Source: Bilabrum cf. latius
Taxonomy: Eukaryota
DNA length: 64,000 nucleotides
Assembly: GCA_965178125.1 (NCBI GenBank)
Contig: OZ237747.1
Span: 1,054,001 to 1,118,000 of the forward strand
Reading direction: 5' to 3'
Shown piece by piece: positions 23,382 to 36,600 of the stretch. A model generated the notes under the pieces. The model did no database searches, was not told the origin of the DNA, and saw only the letters and a list, made by a program, of their open reading frames with translations. Both the position numbers and the translations under genes were made by a program. Numbering within the stretch: position 1 is the stretch's first letter; the number at the start of each line of letters is the position of its first letter.

Positions 23382-26314
23382 ATGGGAAGAGGTGTAGCCG
23401 CAGCTGCCGCATGCGGCATTCGTGGAACTACGGCAGGCTATTGTGATACTGAGTCATGCTATGAGGCCGGTACTGGGAAAAGTATGCCAGCTGGGCCGTA
23501 TGAGTTCTCCAGAACACCGATGGCCTCTGCGCCGCCAGCCGACGCGGTTGCGGCAGCCATACCGTACATATTCGCCAAAAGCCCGAAAGATCTTGTCTCT
23601 AGGATAGAAACAGTGGTAAGAGGCACGTCAACAGAGGTGCTCGTCACGATTCCCGTGTATAACGAAGACAAAGAGAGGTGCATGGAAACAATTTATGGCA
23701 TATGTGACAGCCTTGAGCGAGGGCTGCCTCCCGCCACCGAGGATGATCCCAGTGGGCGAGCAGTGCAAGCCGGCGGTTCACCGGTTAACGTTCAAGATGG
23801 AGTTGCTGCCGCCGCCGCCGCTGCTACTGCTGATCCTGTAAATGGAGCTCAGGCTGCCGCCCCATCCGGCGCCAATCTCAGCGCCTAGACTTTCTCGTCC
23901 GGCACAAGGTACCGTGATCAACTAAGAGCCAGCGATGTGAGGGTATGCATGACTTACGATGGACATGATAGGATTGATGACACAGTCAAGGAAGAAATGC
24001 TGACAACAGACAAATATTTCAGTGAGCGCATCATTGATCCGGCCTACTTTGATGTGAAGAAGCGCGAAGGCGACGGTGTCCACGTTTTCCACAAACGGGT
24101 TTACGTTCGAAAACGCGGAAGCACTTTATATCCCCACGTGAGACCGCTGAAGATATATTAGCGTTTGAATGTCGTGGACTATGCTGTACCTGTGCAGTTT
24201 GAGTCGCTTTGTCCCCCGTTGCCACCGACCCAATCCCACCCACGCAGCGCATCCATCTCATCGTGTGCATCAAACTGAAGAACGCTGGAAAACACGTATC
24301 TCAGCTATGGTAGTTTCAAGGGATTGCGCGTGCGCTGCAGCCCCGGTATATTGTACTAGTTGACGCTGGCACACGACCACTAGGCGACGCAGTGCTTCGG
24401 TTGTGCGATGCGATGCACGCCAATCCCCAGCTCGGGGGCGTTTGCGGCAGAATCAAGCCGCCCAAAGCCCCTGCCATCTGGGAAGGCATATCATACGTGC
24501 AGACGTTTGAGTATGCTGCATCGCACTACCTTGACAAGGTATTTGATTCATTGACTGGGTGAGTTGCATTTGCAGTGTCCAAGCACGGCTCCACTGGCTC
24601 GGCGCAGGCTGGATACACTGCTTGAATTCTGAACAGACCAATTTGTCAAGCATTTGCATCAATTCTCCGCGCAGCTTTATTCCGGTGCTTCCTGGTGCGT
24701 TCTCCGCGTATTCATACAAGGCCATTGAGGGAGCGCCGCTGGACAAGTACTTCGAGTTGCTCGCAGTTGATAAGACTAAACTGACTGCATTCCAAATGAA
24801 TGCACTGCTCGCAGAGGACCGCAAGCTTGCCATGTATATGGTTGGAAAGGCAGGGTCTAGCTATCTCGTAAGTAAAAGGAAAACTTCTGTGGGTGCGGTG
24901 CGTCGCCAATGACTCGAAGCTCCCGCTGTCGTGCATTTCAAATGCTGAGCTACTCGCAGGCCAGCTACTGCTACGACGCACTTGCCGAGACCGATGTTCC
25001 AACAACGGTGACGCGATTGGTTGTACAACGACGCCGCTGGACCAATGGTTCCTTCTACGTCTTCATTGAGCTCGTGATGAGCGGGATGCAGTGAGTCCCG
25101 AGATAGAAGCCCAAATTTGCATGAAAACATTAGCTTCCACGGCCCACAAGTCCGCACTACCATGAATACGCGCATGTTTGGCAATTTCTGCTCCACTTAA
25201 TCTTCTTTGCAGTCGCATCTTATGTCGGTCAGGCCACAGCACGTCCAGGCGAATCGTGCTGCTGCTCAATTTCGTGTGGCATATGCTGCATGAGGCCATG
25301 AACTTCTTCAGTCTAGCCTTCGTGTTCCTGATATACTTTGCTACTATATCGTAGATCGCGGATCGCGCCGGTCTAGGGGACTGGTTTGTGTACACTCTCA
25401 TCATCGGCCTGCTACTGTGCGTGGTGGCCAGCATGCTCATTGCGTAGCGAGCACACTACACGTCGTACGGCCACTGGTACCATGCAATATGCTTGTACTT
25501 AGCAGTACTTAACATCGTAGCAGTAGTGGGGGCTGCTGGGTTATTGTTTGAACAGGGAGACGATCCCGGGACTAGCTGGTTGCCTACATCAGTCCGGTTC
25601 AATTTGCTGATGGCTGTGCTTGGCGGCGCGACGGTACTTGCCTACACGCATGGAGTTCTAGCTGAGACTGCTTGTGGTGCGCCATACTACTTCTTCTTCC
25701 TGCCTTCTACAATTGTGCTGTCAGATCTGACGGCGAAGATGCAGCAGCACCACTTCAGCTGGGCCGAGCCCGCGGCGGCCAACAAGACTGTGAGTGAGCA
25801 GCATAAGCAAAGGCAAGTAGAGCTTGACCATTTTGGCATGGTTTGGGGCCTTTTTGGAATTTCTAGCAACATCGTTGTTGGGTGTGCCCTGGCCGCCTTC
25901 AACCCCCGGCTTGACCTAGTGATGGCCTTCCTCTTCATATTCATGATTTTCAGTCTAGGGGTGCGGATTATCGCATCGGCTCTATACTTGATCGAGCCAT
26001 GGTACAAGAAAGCCGGCGATGCACTTGCAGATGGGACTGACCGCTGTATGTCGAACCTGGGCTGCGGATGTTGCTTGGAATGGCTGCAGCCAGCGGCCTG
26101 TCTGCCTTGCTGCTGCCCGTGGCGGTGGACAGCTGCAAGGCTTGCGGTTGACGACTCTCAGCCTCGGCGCCGGACTGCAGCCGATATTGCTGACCCACAA
26201 CGATTGCAGCATGACGAGCAGCCCGGGCCATACTTGGAATGTGCGTAGCAGTCGAAGCGCCCTGCGCAATGGCCACGCATGCTGAATGCAGGGCATTCTC
26301 ACGAGCCACCGTGA
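23382..26314 (+). CDS. Chitin synthase (GT2), paralogue 1; multi-exon, true 5' end probably further upstream
   Basis: [55 protein letters not shown], then TM helices. Introns at 24138-24247 and near 24558, 24868 and 25092. In-frame TAGs include 24311 and 26246. Ends TGA 26312-26314. Confidence 0.88.
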
Positions 26315-27098
26315 CAAGATTCAATCATTGCGAGGGCGGTACCAAGTGATGCTCACTTTGGCTTTGAATCATATATTTGTACAGATGACAGAGGAAAAAA
26401 ACAGAAATGAAAAAGTATCGTCGCTCGATTTTGCTAACAGAACAAGAACTCGGGGGCGCAGCCTCTCAGCGGCCAGGTAATCTGTCCCGCCTATTGCGGT
26501 GGCTGCTGACCAGTCCGCAGAGTCGACAGGGGTACCGCTCCGTAGCCAAACTTACTGTACTGCGTGACCAATATGCAAATGACTGCTGCTGCCCCTGCAC
26601 AACCTCAAACTCATAGAGACTCGCCTGTAGCACACAACTACTACGTGCTCCACCCGTGCACATGGATCTGCTCTAGTCCCGCACTGCTTGCGTCTTTGAT
26701 TCTAGAACACATGCACAAGCCAGAGCTCATGCGGAGTAACGACACGTCTGAGTAGCGACACTACATAGAGCTCGGTGCCACTATCAAGGCGGTGACGCAC
26801 TTGAGTCTCGCTGCGTTCTGTGGCAGTGCAAACGGCAACCTCGGAGGTGGCCGAGGGATCACGGTCATGTATCTTCCACCGTTGCGATCGCAACAGGACA
26901 GCAAATTAGGTCATTTCTCGTGATTGCTCGAACTCTTTTAATTTGTTCTTAATTTAGATACAATACGGATTTTACGGGCAGTTTGCTTTTTTCAGATGCC
27001 ACATCCGGTCCGGATCTGGCGCAGTCACCACCGCCCATAGGTGAACTCAGGGTCATTCGAAGGACCTATTGAGCACCGCTCGAAGAAGTATACCAACG

Positions 27099-30000
27099 TT
27101 AGTCACACATTGGTGCTAGAGGACTGGCCTAACGCGAAGTAGACACCTTGGCGGAGTTCTGAGAAGCTCCAGCTGACGGGGGCTGGGCGCTTCCGCCAGC
27201 AAGGACAACGGAGCCTTGCTCAGCCTGTGCGGCATGATCTGTCGTCTCCGCGTGGACCTGACAATGTTTCTAGGACCCACATACCTAGCTGCCAATGTGG
27301 CATTCAGAGCCGCGTAGGCGACTCATGCTGCTTAGAACAAGTGATTTAGAAGCCGATGGCCTGCGGGGGCGACGAGGCCTGCCCGCTGCTGCCTCCTTGG
27401 CTGCAGATCGCGCCTCCCAATTGTTGTCCGGATTAAGACCAAACACAAACTCCTCAGATTTGTTACGCGTGAGCCGTCGTCGTGCGCCAAGAAGCATATT
27501 CCGCCTATTTCCCCGCCATGGGCACAGCAAGCTCCACGACCACCATCCCTCGCAACTCTCCGGCAGCACACATGTGCTCCGAATCCAAGCCCTCCAGGTC
27601 TGGGGGCAGCAGCAGTAGCAACGACATGTGAGCCTGGCCAGCCACTCAGCTGCGTATATCAGGGCGTTGCACGCGCCCTTGTAGGGCTTCTCAAGAAGGT
27701 AGATGAAAGAGAAGAGAATCCGAACTGAAAGGCTGAAGGTGCCGGCGTAGAAGAGGGACCACATGGTTGCTTCCCCCGTCGTGTCGTAGACAACAACAAT
27801 CAGCCCAAGAAGCAGATTGAAAAACAGCACGAACATCACAATGCAGTCACGAAAGGACTTTAGTTCGCTTTTCAGGTGCTGCTCCTTTGCTTCAGCTTCT
27901 TTCCTCATGGCTGCTTTCGAAACGCACTGACCGTCAGCAGCATCCTCCAACCTGTCCTTGTCCACGCCTGTATTCGATTCGGTTTGCGCCGATTTCAGTG
28001 CTCGCGAATGGTATTTCCGAATACCATCGCTAGTACGCGATTGTCGTGACCAGACTGGAGGCTGGCCTGGTCCTCCAGCGCCGTCACCACGTCGCTGAGG
28101 CGGGGTAAGTGCTGGTACCGGCTGGCCTTGCCCGGAGTGCAGTGGGGGTCCCGTTGAAGTCCGAGGAGGTCGAATGTGACGCGCGCCCTTGAGGATGTTG
28201 GTATCGGATTTGAAGTGAGGCGTAAGCGTGATCTTGTCCGCTGCAGCCGGCTCCCCCTATTGACTGTCGTTGTCACAATCCTAGATCTGGTCGCCAGCAA
28301 GCTTTGAGGCAGCCGCGGCACCAGACCCGGATCCCTTCTATTCGCTTGCATTGCATGCCCCCTACGCTTTAGCATCCGTCAGGCCCGTCCATTCCTCTGC
28401 ATGATCGCCAGGCAATTGTTCGTAGGGAACAATGCGTCGAGTCCCATCGCCGTGTTGTTGATGTTGGTGAACCTGGTGTCCTGCGGAACGGCGAGCCGGC
28501 TGCGATGCACGCTAGGGCTGCTCAGCGGTCGGGTCATCCTGCTTGGTCGGTGAAGACCACGTCACTTCGTGGAGCCTAAGGAGGGCAATCTGGAAGATCA
28601 GCATGACCGTAGTTGGCATGAAAGCCACAAAGGCAGGGGAGGTCCATACGAATGTGATGAAGTGCCCGTGAAGCAGAGCTGCGAGTGCCATACCAGAGAG
28701 AGTACCTACGCCAACCCACCTAGCGATAACGATGTCAAATACGAATGGAGCGGCCATCGTGGAGTTTCTGGCCAAAGTGTCGTTGAGCAGCATCACTGAC
28801 TCGTTGATGGCGGGAGCCGTAGCGTTGACCAGGTCCATGGATACATTTACTACGTCCGCAGTGGCGTTCTGGTGAAGTGTCCCGATGTCTAACATGGTAC
28901 TGTTCGCAGTCACCGTGGAGTTTGGGTCAGCCATGAGAGCGCGCTGGGCAGCTCCTGCTCCAAGTTCAGACTCGTAAGTTGGTGCAATGTCGTCGTCAAG
29001 AACCCCAGACAAGCTTGCAAGGGAGTATACTGATGCCCCAACAGCAGCAATGCTGAGGACACCCAGGTACAGCATCATTGTGTTGTAAACTGAGCTGTAC
29101 CGTTGGTAATCTGCATCAGGCGCCATGATGAGGATGTACAGCACGATCAAGACAAGGCCAAAGATTCCGGTGTAGGCTATAAGGTCACCTGCCTGTCCAA
29201 GGAACTGCGCCAGCTGAAACAGCATCACGCTGTAGGTGACGACAAGCAGCGTTGGAGAAACGACCTGCGGCACAAAGTGCATCGTTGTCCAGCACACATG
29301 CATGCCAATCGCAGTTTTGCGGCCACAGCTGTGGCCGGACTTGTGCATCAAGTCCCTGCGAGATGTAGGCAATTAGGCAAGTGGGCAAGTTAACACTGGT
29401 TGACAAATGTCAAAGCAGTATTTTGTTGCGTAAAAAGAAACGTATGGCTCACCGGGAGTTTTTGGCAATGTATAGACTCAGCGTAGCCAGGGTTCCATTG
29501 AGCCACCGCCTCCTCTACTTGATCAGGGCCATCAGCGTTTCGGGTGGATCCGTCGTGGCCACAGCATCGCTGACGTATTTGACCTGCGAGTTCAAGATAG
29601 GTCGAATGCTTTGTATTCATATAGAAGAAGCAATTATTTTGTGAGTTGTTCACTTTCCCTGCATACGCATCGCCTTAGTCAGGTGCTAGGATGATGCAAC
29701 ACCCCCGTGTAGTACGTCTAGCACTCACCGTCCAGCACTCGTCGATCTTTGCAACAAGGTACATCACCAGCAGGCGGTCCTCCGCAAGCATAGCATTCAA
29801 CCAGAACGGAGCTAGCTCTGTCTTGGGCGTGTCCACCTTCTCGAAGTATTGCTCCAGTGGCTTGCCCTTGAGAGCCTCCCACCTGAAAGCAGAGAAACAG
29901 CCTGGCAAGACCGGAATGAACCTGCAACCATAAGGTGAAAGGAGTCCACCGCTGCCTTGAGGTTCTACTGATAGACAAAAATAAGAGGATGATGTCGTAA

Positions 30001-31696
30001 CCCGAGCGTAGTGCGCCGGGGCTTCAACTCACCCAGTCATGGAGTCCAGGGTCTTGTCGAGGTAGTGAGCCGCGCTGTACTCGAAGTGTTGCGCGCACAG
30101 CACTAAGTTGTTCCAGGCGAATCCGGACGGCTGAATAGTGCCACAGTTACCAGCAAGCTGCGGGTTGACTTCCATCGCATCCAGAAGCTTGTAGATGGCC
30201 CCGGCTTTCGGCTTGGTTCCGGCATCCACGAGCATGAAGTACTTGGGGTTGATTCGTGTAGCGGCACCCATGAGCTGCCATTTCTGGGACTTGTGCTTGC
30301 CTCCATTCTTGCCCTTGATGCAGACAATGACAAGTACGGGCTGCGATGTGTATGGCTAGAAGATGTGGGGCCTGAACTCGCTTCAAGCTGGCGGTGGGTA
30401 GGTGAGCAACGCATGTAGCACGACGTCTGCAAACTCACTGTATTTTGGAAGAAATGCGGGTCCCCATCAAGGTTAGATCGCACTCTGACCCAGCGCTAGA
30501 ACATGTACATGTATGGCGAATTGCCAGACCTCTCATGCTGCTAAATGTACTGCGGATCGATGACTGGGTGCTCAAAAAGCCTCTTGCTGCTGCCATCTAT
30601 GCCTTTCAGCGTGCCATCAAGCAGCTGCACTGTTGATTTGTTCATCTTGTCCCAGCCGTCGAAAGTAAACATGATGATTGGCTGCCCTGCGAAGAGTCCC
30701 TTTATCGACTCACGGTCTGGCTCGGCCTGAGGCACCGCAGCTGGACCTTGCCCTGCCTCAAGATCTACACCGGAGACATCTAGATCCACAGCGTGTGCAG
30801 AGGGAGCTCTAGTAGGTGCCAATTGTGTTACTTTGGGCAACCGTGCAGGTTTCGCCTGCCCTGGTGCTGGAACTGGAGCCGGTGCGACTTGTGTTGCTTT
30901 GGGCGATGGCGCAGATTCTGCGTGTCCTGGTTCGAGTGATGAGGCCGACGCGGCCGTAGCTGCTCCGCCGTCGGGCTGCGGCGATGCTGCTGGTCCGTCT
31001 GCTGGTACTGCATCCCTCGACTATGCAGTGTTTTCAGTGGTCTATTCACTGTCATTTGGGTAGCACTGTAGCAATGCGCCGCAACACGAGCCGCAACTGC
31101 AAGCCTGCTAGCAAGAGCACAGCTTGTCGCAGCAGCACTCGCAATCCTCTGCGTCATCCTCGTGTGCCTCACATTGTCGCTCTGGCGGGTCGCTAACAGG
31201 CTGAATCGTCCGTAAGTCTTGAACGCTTGCCATGATTCCCTGGACGGTGTCCTGTATTTGCTTGGGTGCTTCTGAGTACCCGGCCACTGAAATTAGGGTG
31301 GATACCCCTTCCTCGTAGGCACCGAAGGGGTCGTGCAAATCCCACCCATCTGGGGAGCAACACAAGATGAACTGCTTGTGTAGCTCAGCAGAAGGAGTGG
31401 CGCTGTCGCAGTCTTCGTCAGATTCATGATCTGTGGGCTAGATCTACTGCCAGGTAGCCTCATCTGAGAATGCGTGTCGCCTGCCGGTCTGAGACGCCGA
31501 CCCCGTTGCCACGCTTAGCCGCGGAGTGTTATCTATCGAACCTCTTGGGCTGAACATCCTGCCATGGCCAGCAGTTCGCTTGTCCTGTGGAGCCTTGCTT
31601 CGCTTGTGAGCTCTGGGCTCCTTGTCCTGTTGCTGCGAGGAGGTGCGCGCCAGAGCCTGAGCGTCTGATGCAGTGCTTGCTGCCGGTCCAGTATCT
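27099..31696 (-). CDS. Chitin synthase (GT2), paralogue 2; multi-exon, 5' exon(s) upstream of ~31700 not resolved
   Basis: VAGYSE, FTFDG, LVDAGT, QHFEY, LPGCFSAF, MLAEDR, TDPP and (TAG)RRRWLNGT, then TM helices with a long hydrophilic insert (27965-28512) interrupted only by TAGs. Ends TAA 27101-27099. Confidence 0.88.
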
Positions 31697-33671
31697 GCGA
31701 CATATGGGAACGTTATGCGCTTAATTTGTTTCTGTGGCTAAGATGCTTCACGTGGAAAAGCTTTGGGGCGGGCTGGTTGTGATTGCTCTGTTCAGCGATG
31801 CAGGCTCGTTGTTGCCGACGGGCTGGAACATAGGCTATAAATCCAGACATATCAGCGTGTGCGTGGTGGAATGCAAGCTAAACATGAAGCAATATTCAAT
31901 AGTTTATCACATACAAAAGTAGAAGCTCCAGAATGTCTCCACGTTTGCACCGAATGGCTGCAACAATCCTATGGTCAAAGTGACAACTACATCAGAACAC
32001 AGAAACACAGCACGCGCAAGACTCCGTGGTGCCAGATATACCGCAAAACAAAAGCAGTACATGTTTAGGCCGGCGGGCCAATCGAATGGATCGGAGTCCA
32101 GCGAATTCTCACCTTTGCTGTTTGATACTGCCTTGCCACCGAGCGGTGGTTCGCGGCTCTGCATTCGTATCAATAGAGAGTGCCAAGTCCAAGCTCTACG
32201 CTCCCAATTGACCAGTTCTGTACCTTCGCCTATTTCAATTTCTGTACGAATTCTGGTCTCCTGAGAATGAACAGGAAGTGCGGTCGTCTGCCTGCGTGGC
32301 TACAGTAGCACTCCCATACCGGAACAACCATATTGTCGGGAAGTCTAGAATTGCAAGCCAGCTGGTCCGCGTAATGATAATTTGCCTATATCAATCCATA
32401 TGCAAGCGCTGGAGTGTTTGTGTGTTTTAAAAGTCCTCATACAGCACGAGGGGCGCACAGATTGCTCACACCTGACCGCGCCGGAGTGCCAAGCAAGGTG
32501 ACGTATTTTGGATACCGTGTACCCAGTCGCTTTACAAGCCCTGGCTCACGACTTAACTGGTGAATTCATATTCATTGTGTGGAATTCAGCCGTGTAGATA
32601 GCTGCTCCTGTTGTGAAAACCGTTTTGTCCGTGTTGTCAAGGGTCCAATGACATCAGTATCGCGCGGTGCACGCAGAGTCCATTATTTGCAAAGAAAGAC
32701 ATTTCCAGACATTCTGTATCGTGAACAATTTATATTCGTTTAATAATTGGATTTTGCGCCCCTTGGTTGGCGACCGCAAGATGGCCACATGTGGTCGCAA
32801 CCATGATTTGACTCCGGATTGTGGGCGTGCAGGCGTGCTCCGCTCATTATCGCGTTCCAACTGGCGCCATCAAATAATTGCCGCCAGCTACCTACAAGAA
32901 GATATTGTTCAAGACAAGACTGGCCTGCGATCCAGTCTTGCTTCAAGGCGGTGAAAATACATAGATCTATATTGGATATTTGTGTATGACATGATGCCAG
33001 AGTGTACGCGCAACCTAGTCTCGTTAACAATCAGACATGGCAAGACCTGACAAAGCTGTGCCTGTGCGCGACCCTTGACCAGACTGACCGGGGCTGGGAA
33101 GAGCACGTGCACTACTCCGCCGAGGAGGAGGGGGTTGGGAGGGTGGGCAAAAATTACCCAATCTCCGCCCCTCTCCTGAACACAGAGAGGGTATGCGCGT
33201 CATCGCAAGCAATCCGTTGGCTTGGTCGCACCTTCCGGTCGCAACCGCCATCGGAACCCAACGAGATGTTCACGCGCTCCTACTCTGGCATCAACACCGA
33301 ACCCCATGCGGTGTTGGGATCATCATGCAGTGCACAGGACTGATGTTGGCTCCTCATTTGTAGCGGAGCTGGCAACGCTTCTACTATCACCCTGGTGACC
33401 TCCTAGGCCCCAAGTTCACTTTCAAAGTGATGAGTTATAACGGAAGACGCTAGGTAGCCGATTAAAACTGAATTCCACAGAATCAGACTGTGGAATGCTC
33501 TTGTTTCCCTGAAACCGGAACACAGGCAGAGCGTTGGACCATCTTTCACGCATCGACTCACATTCACGCATCGAGGTCAAAACTAAAATAGGAACTTTCT
33601 TAAGGTTGCGCTCTATCCCGTAATAATTCGATTAATTTCTAAAGCTTGGCTTCAACTAGCTGCCAAACAGC

Positions 33672-36600
33672 ATGGCATCAGCACCCCATTTAGAAGAACA
33701 GCATGTCCAAACACACCGACGGCCAAACTCGGCCGCTTCCAGCTCGAGTCACGGTAAGAGATCAAACAGAGACGGGTATATGACGCAAAGCTAATGTTGA
33801 ATGTATCGTATTATGCCGTAGTAGCCGGCTGATCGCATAAATATGCTGGTGGTTGCAGTGTTGCTGGGAGGCTGTAGTGCTACTGAGCTTCCAAAGTCCC
33901 AGGCAGTCATCAATTTAACCCAAATGCTGCGATAATTGAAGCTCGCAGGAGGAATAACGCTTGAAACAGCTGGTCATAGCGCCATAGGACAGAGTAGTGG
34001 GACGATGGAAAGGCTATCTAGCACGACAACAAGGCAATGCACTCCCGTTGAAGGCGCGGGATGCGAAGGGAGGCCGCCCTGGCACAACTACTACGCAGCG
34101 AAGCCGGCAAATTGCAAGAAGCTGTTGTCAAGACATCCGATGACTCGTTTACTCGCTGTAATTTCGGCACACAAGGAGAAAGGTGCAGCCATTACGCGGT
34201 CCATCCAAGGTGTGCGCACGTCACTTGCAGCCCTCGGAGAAGCCAAGGAAAGCGCATGTTGTTCTTAGCCGCTAGAAAGAACTTTGAGCTCCCCATCAGT
34301 GCGGCCAGAGGGTCAAGTTATATCATAGATTTCTTCGGCACCGGCCCCGCAGACTTTCAGAGAGCAGCTGAATGCATCAGAACTGACCGTGTGCATAACG
34401 TTCGACGGGCTCAGAGCTGTGCTTGGACCGAAAAGGAACATGGACGTTCCGCAGGATGGAAGCGACACGGCGATGGACCTTCTCACCAATAAAGATCAAA
34501 TGTACTTTGACCAAGCTCTTATCCCAACGGGTGTCATCCCCTCAGACGAGCTATCGTAGAACGCGATGTCATCACAGGCCGGCGCCGTAGTGTTCGAGTC
34601 AACGGCGAGGATTCGTCGCCCTGGAGCGCCATTGCAAGGCCATGGAGAAGACCGTTACTACCCCGAGGTGAGATATCACCGGAAACTCGCCGACTTCTGC
34701 AGGCGTATGATGGCCGCAGACTCATCGCATCCACTATTCTCGTGTACACTTCTGCTGCAGGAAATTCACTTCATCGTGTGCATTAAACTAAAGAATGAAG
34801 GCAAGTACGTGTCCCAGTTCTGGTAGCTTCAGGGTGTAGCAAAGTGCTTGGATCCAACGTATGTGGCCCTCATCGATGCTGGCACTCAGCCACTGGACGA
34901 CGCAGTGATTGAGCTGGCCGACTTCATGCATGCCAACCCGCAGCTGGGTGGAGCCTGCGGTAGGCTTGGCACTCAATCCAGCCAGAAAATGAACGAATGC
35001 TTCATCAACTTGCTACAGCAGGGTGAATATGCAGCATCCCATGTTCTTGACAAGCCTCTTGAGTCCTTGGTCGGGTGAGCACGTCCGTATATCGTGCGCC
35101 AAATGCGATAACACTACTGTGACTCGCACATCAGATGCTTGCCCCTTTTGATAGCCTCCAGCTTTTACAACGCTAGCCTTCCATTTTCAGGTACATTGCT
35201 GTGCTTCCAGGCGCATTTTCGATGTACTCTTGGGAGTGCATATCGGAGCAGGGTCAGAAGTTCGATCCCGACTCTCCGCTGGACCTGTATTTCGTGGCGA
35301 TGGGAGAGAAGCTCCCCGAGGGTGACCCGCACAGGATCAAGCTCACACCTCTTCAGCTGAACTCTAAGCTCGCTGAAGACCGATAGTTGGTCGTATGGGT
35401 CGTAGGCAAGATTAACGGCAAGTGGACGGTGAGCAAAAGTTCATTGACGTCACTGCAACGCGTAGCCGCTGTGCCTGCATCGACCTTGAAGCAGCATCAT
35501 ACCACTAGTATCGCAGGTTGGCTATTGCTATACAGCTGTCGCCGAGACTGATACCCCAAAGTCGATCACGGACATTATTAAGCAACGCCGCCGGTGGAAT
35601 GTCGGCTCGTTCTCGGCGTTCGTCAACACGTACCTCATGGATGGACTATGGTAAGCGATTTGCTTGCAATCGGCCCCGCTTGCATGGACCTTTAGAGTGT
35701 GCGGAATAGTTGTAGACATGAAAACAACACGCATGCAGTGTTTTTGCTTCCGCCAAATTCCCAGGGTCATGATGAAGACGAAGCATCACGTCCTTCGGAA
35801 GGCGATCTTCCTCATCCAGGCCGTGTGGTACATTTCGCAATGGCTAGCCACATTCATGAGCGTCGCCCTGATGTGGATGTCATACTCTGCAGCAATAATG
35901 CACTTCGCGACATCGATTGGCGGCATCGGTGGCATTGTATTCAGCAACGCTCTACACTTCGGGCTCGGAATGACGCTCATCGCATGCATCCTTATTGCAC
36001 GTGGCAAGAGATTAGACGGTTATGAGACATGGTACACGGTATTATCCATCATTCTGTCCATGTACAACATAATGGCTATCATCGGCGCGGCGATGGTCAT
36101 CGCATCCTTGAGCACAGCTGATGCGAACCCTCTTGGGATCGACCTCGTGCCTTGGTACTACGCAATGGGGTCTGCTGTGCTCAGCACCATGGCTTTGTCG
36201 GCATGCTACGGAGTGTTCTATGCTACAATGTTTGGAGGTTTTGTTTTGTTTGTATTCCTTCTACCGTCGAGCATTGTCCTGCTCTGGCTAACCGCAATGA
36301 TGCGGACCAACGTGACGGGCTGGTCGGGTCACTCAAGCGGATCCGATGCAGAGCGCCAAGGCGAACTCGACAGTCACGGCACTCTCATGGCGATGTTTGC
36401 AGTTGTCTTGAACTGCCTCTTGGTTGTATTGTGCTCTGGGTTGGATCCGTCCTATCGGGTCGTGATGACGGTGCTCTTCCTGTTTGCGGTGGCGAGTTTG
36501 TCAGTCCGAGTGGTTGCATCAGCTCTGTACCTACTGGAGCCATGGTACAAGAGGCTTTGCGATAGTTTCGCTAACGGTGTCGATGATTTCCTCACATGCA

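Noticed and set aside
33090-33340. Possible snRNA (Sm-like AAUUUUUG and hairpins on the minus strand) or small gene
   Set aside because: No recognisable U1/U2/U4/U5 sequence. The plus strand looks like a coding fragment without an identifiable family.
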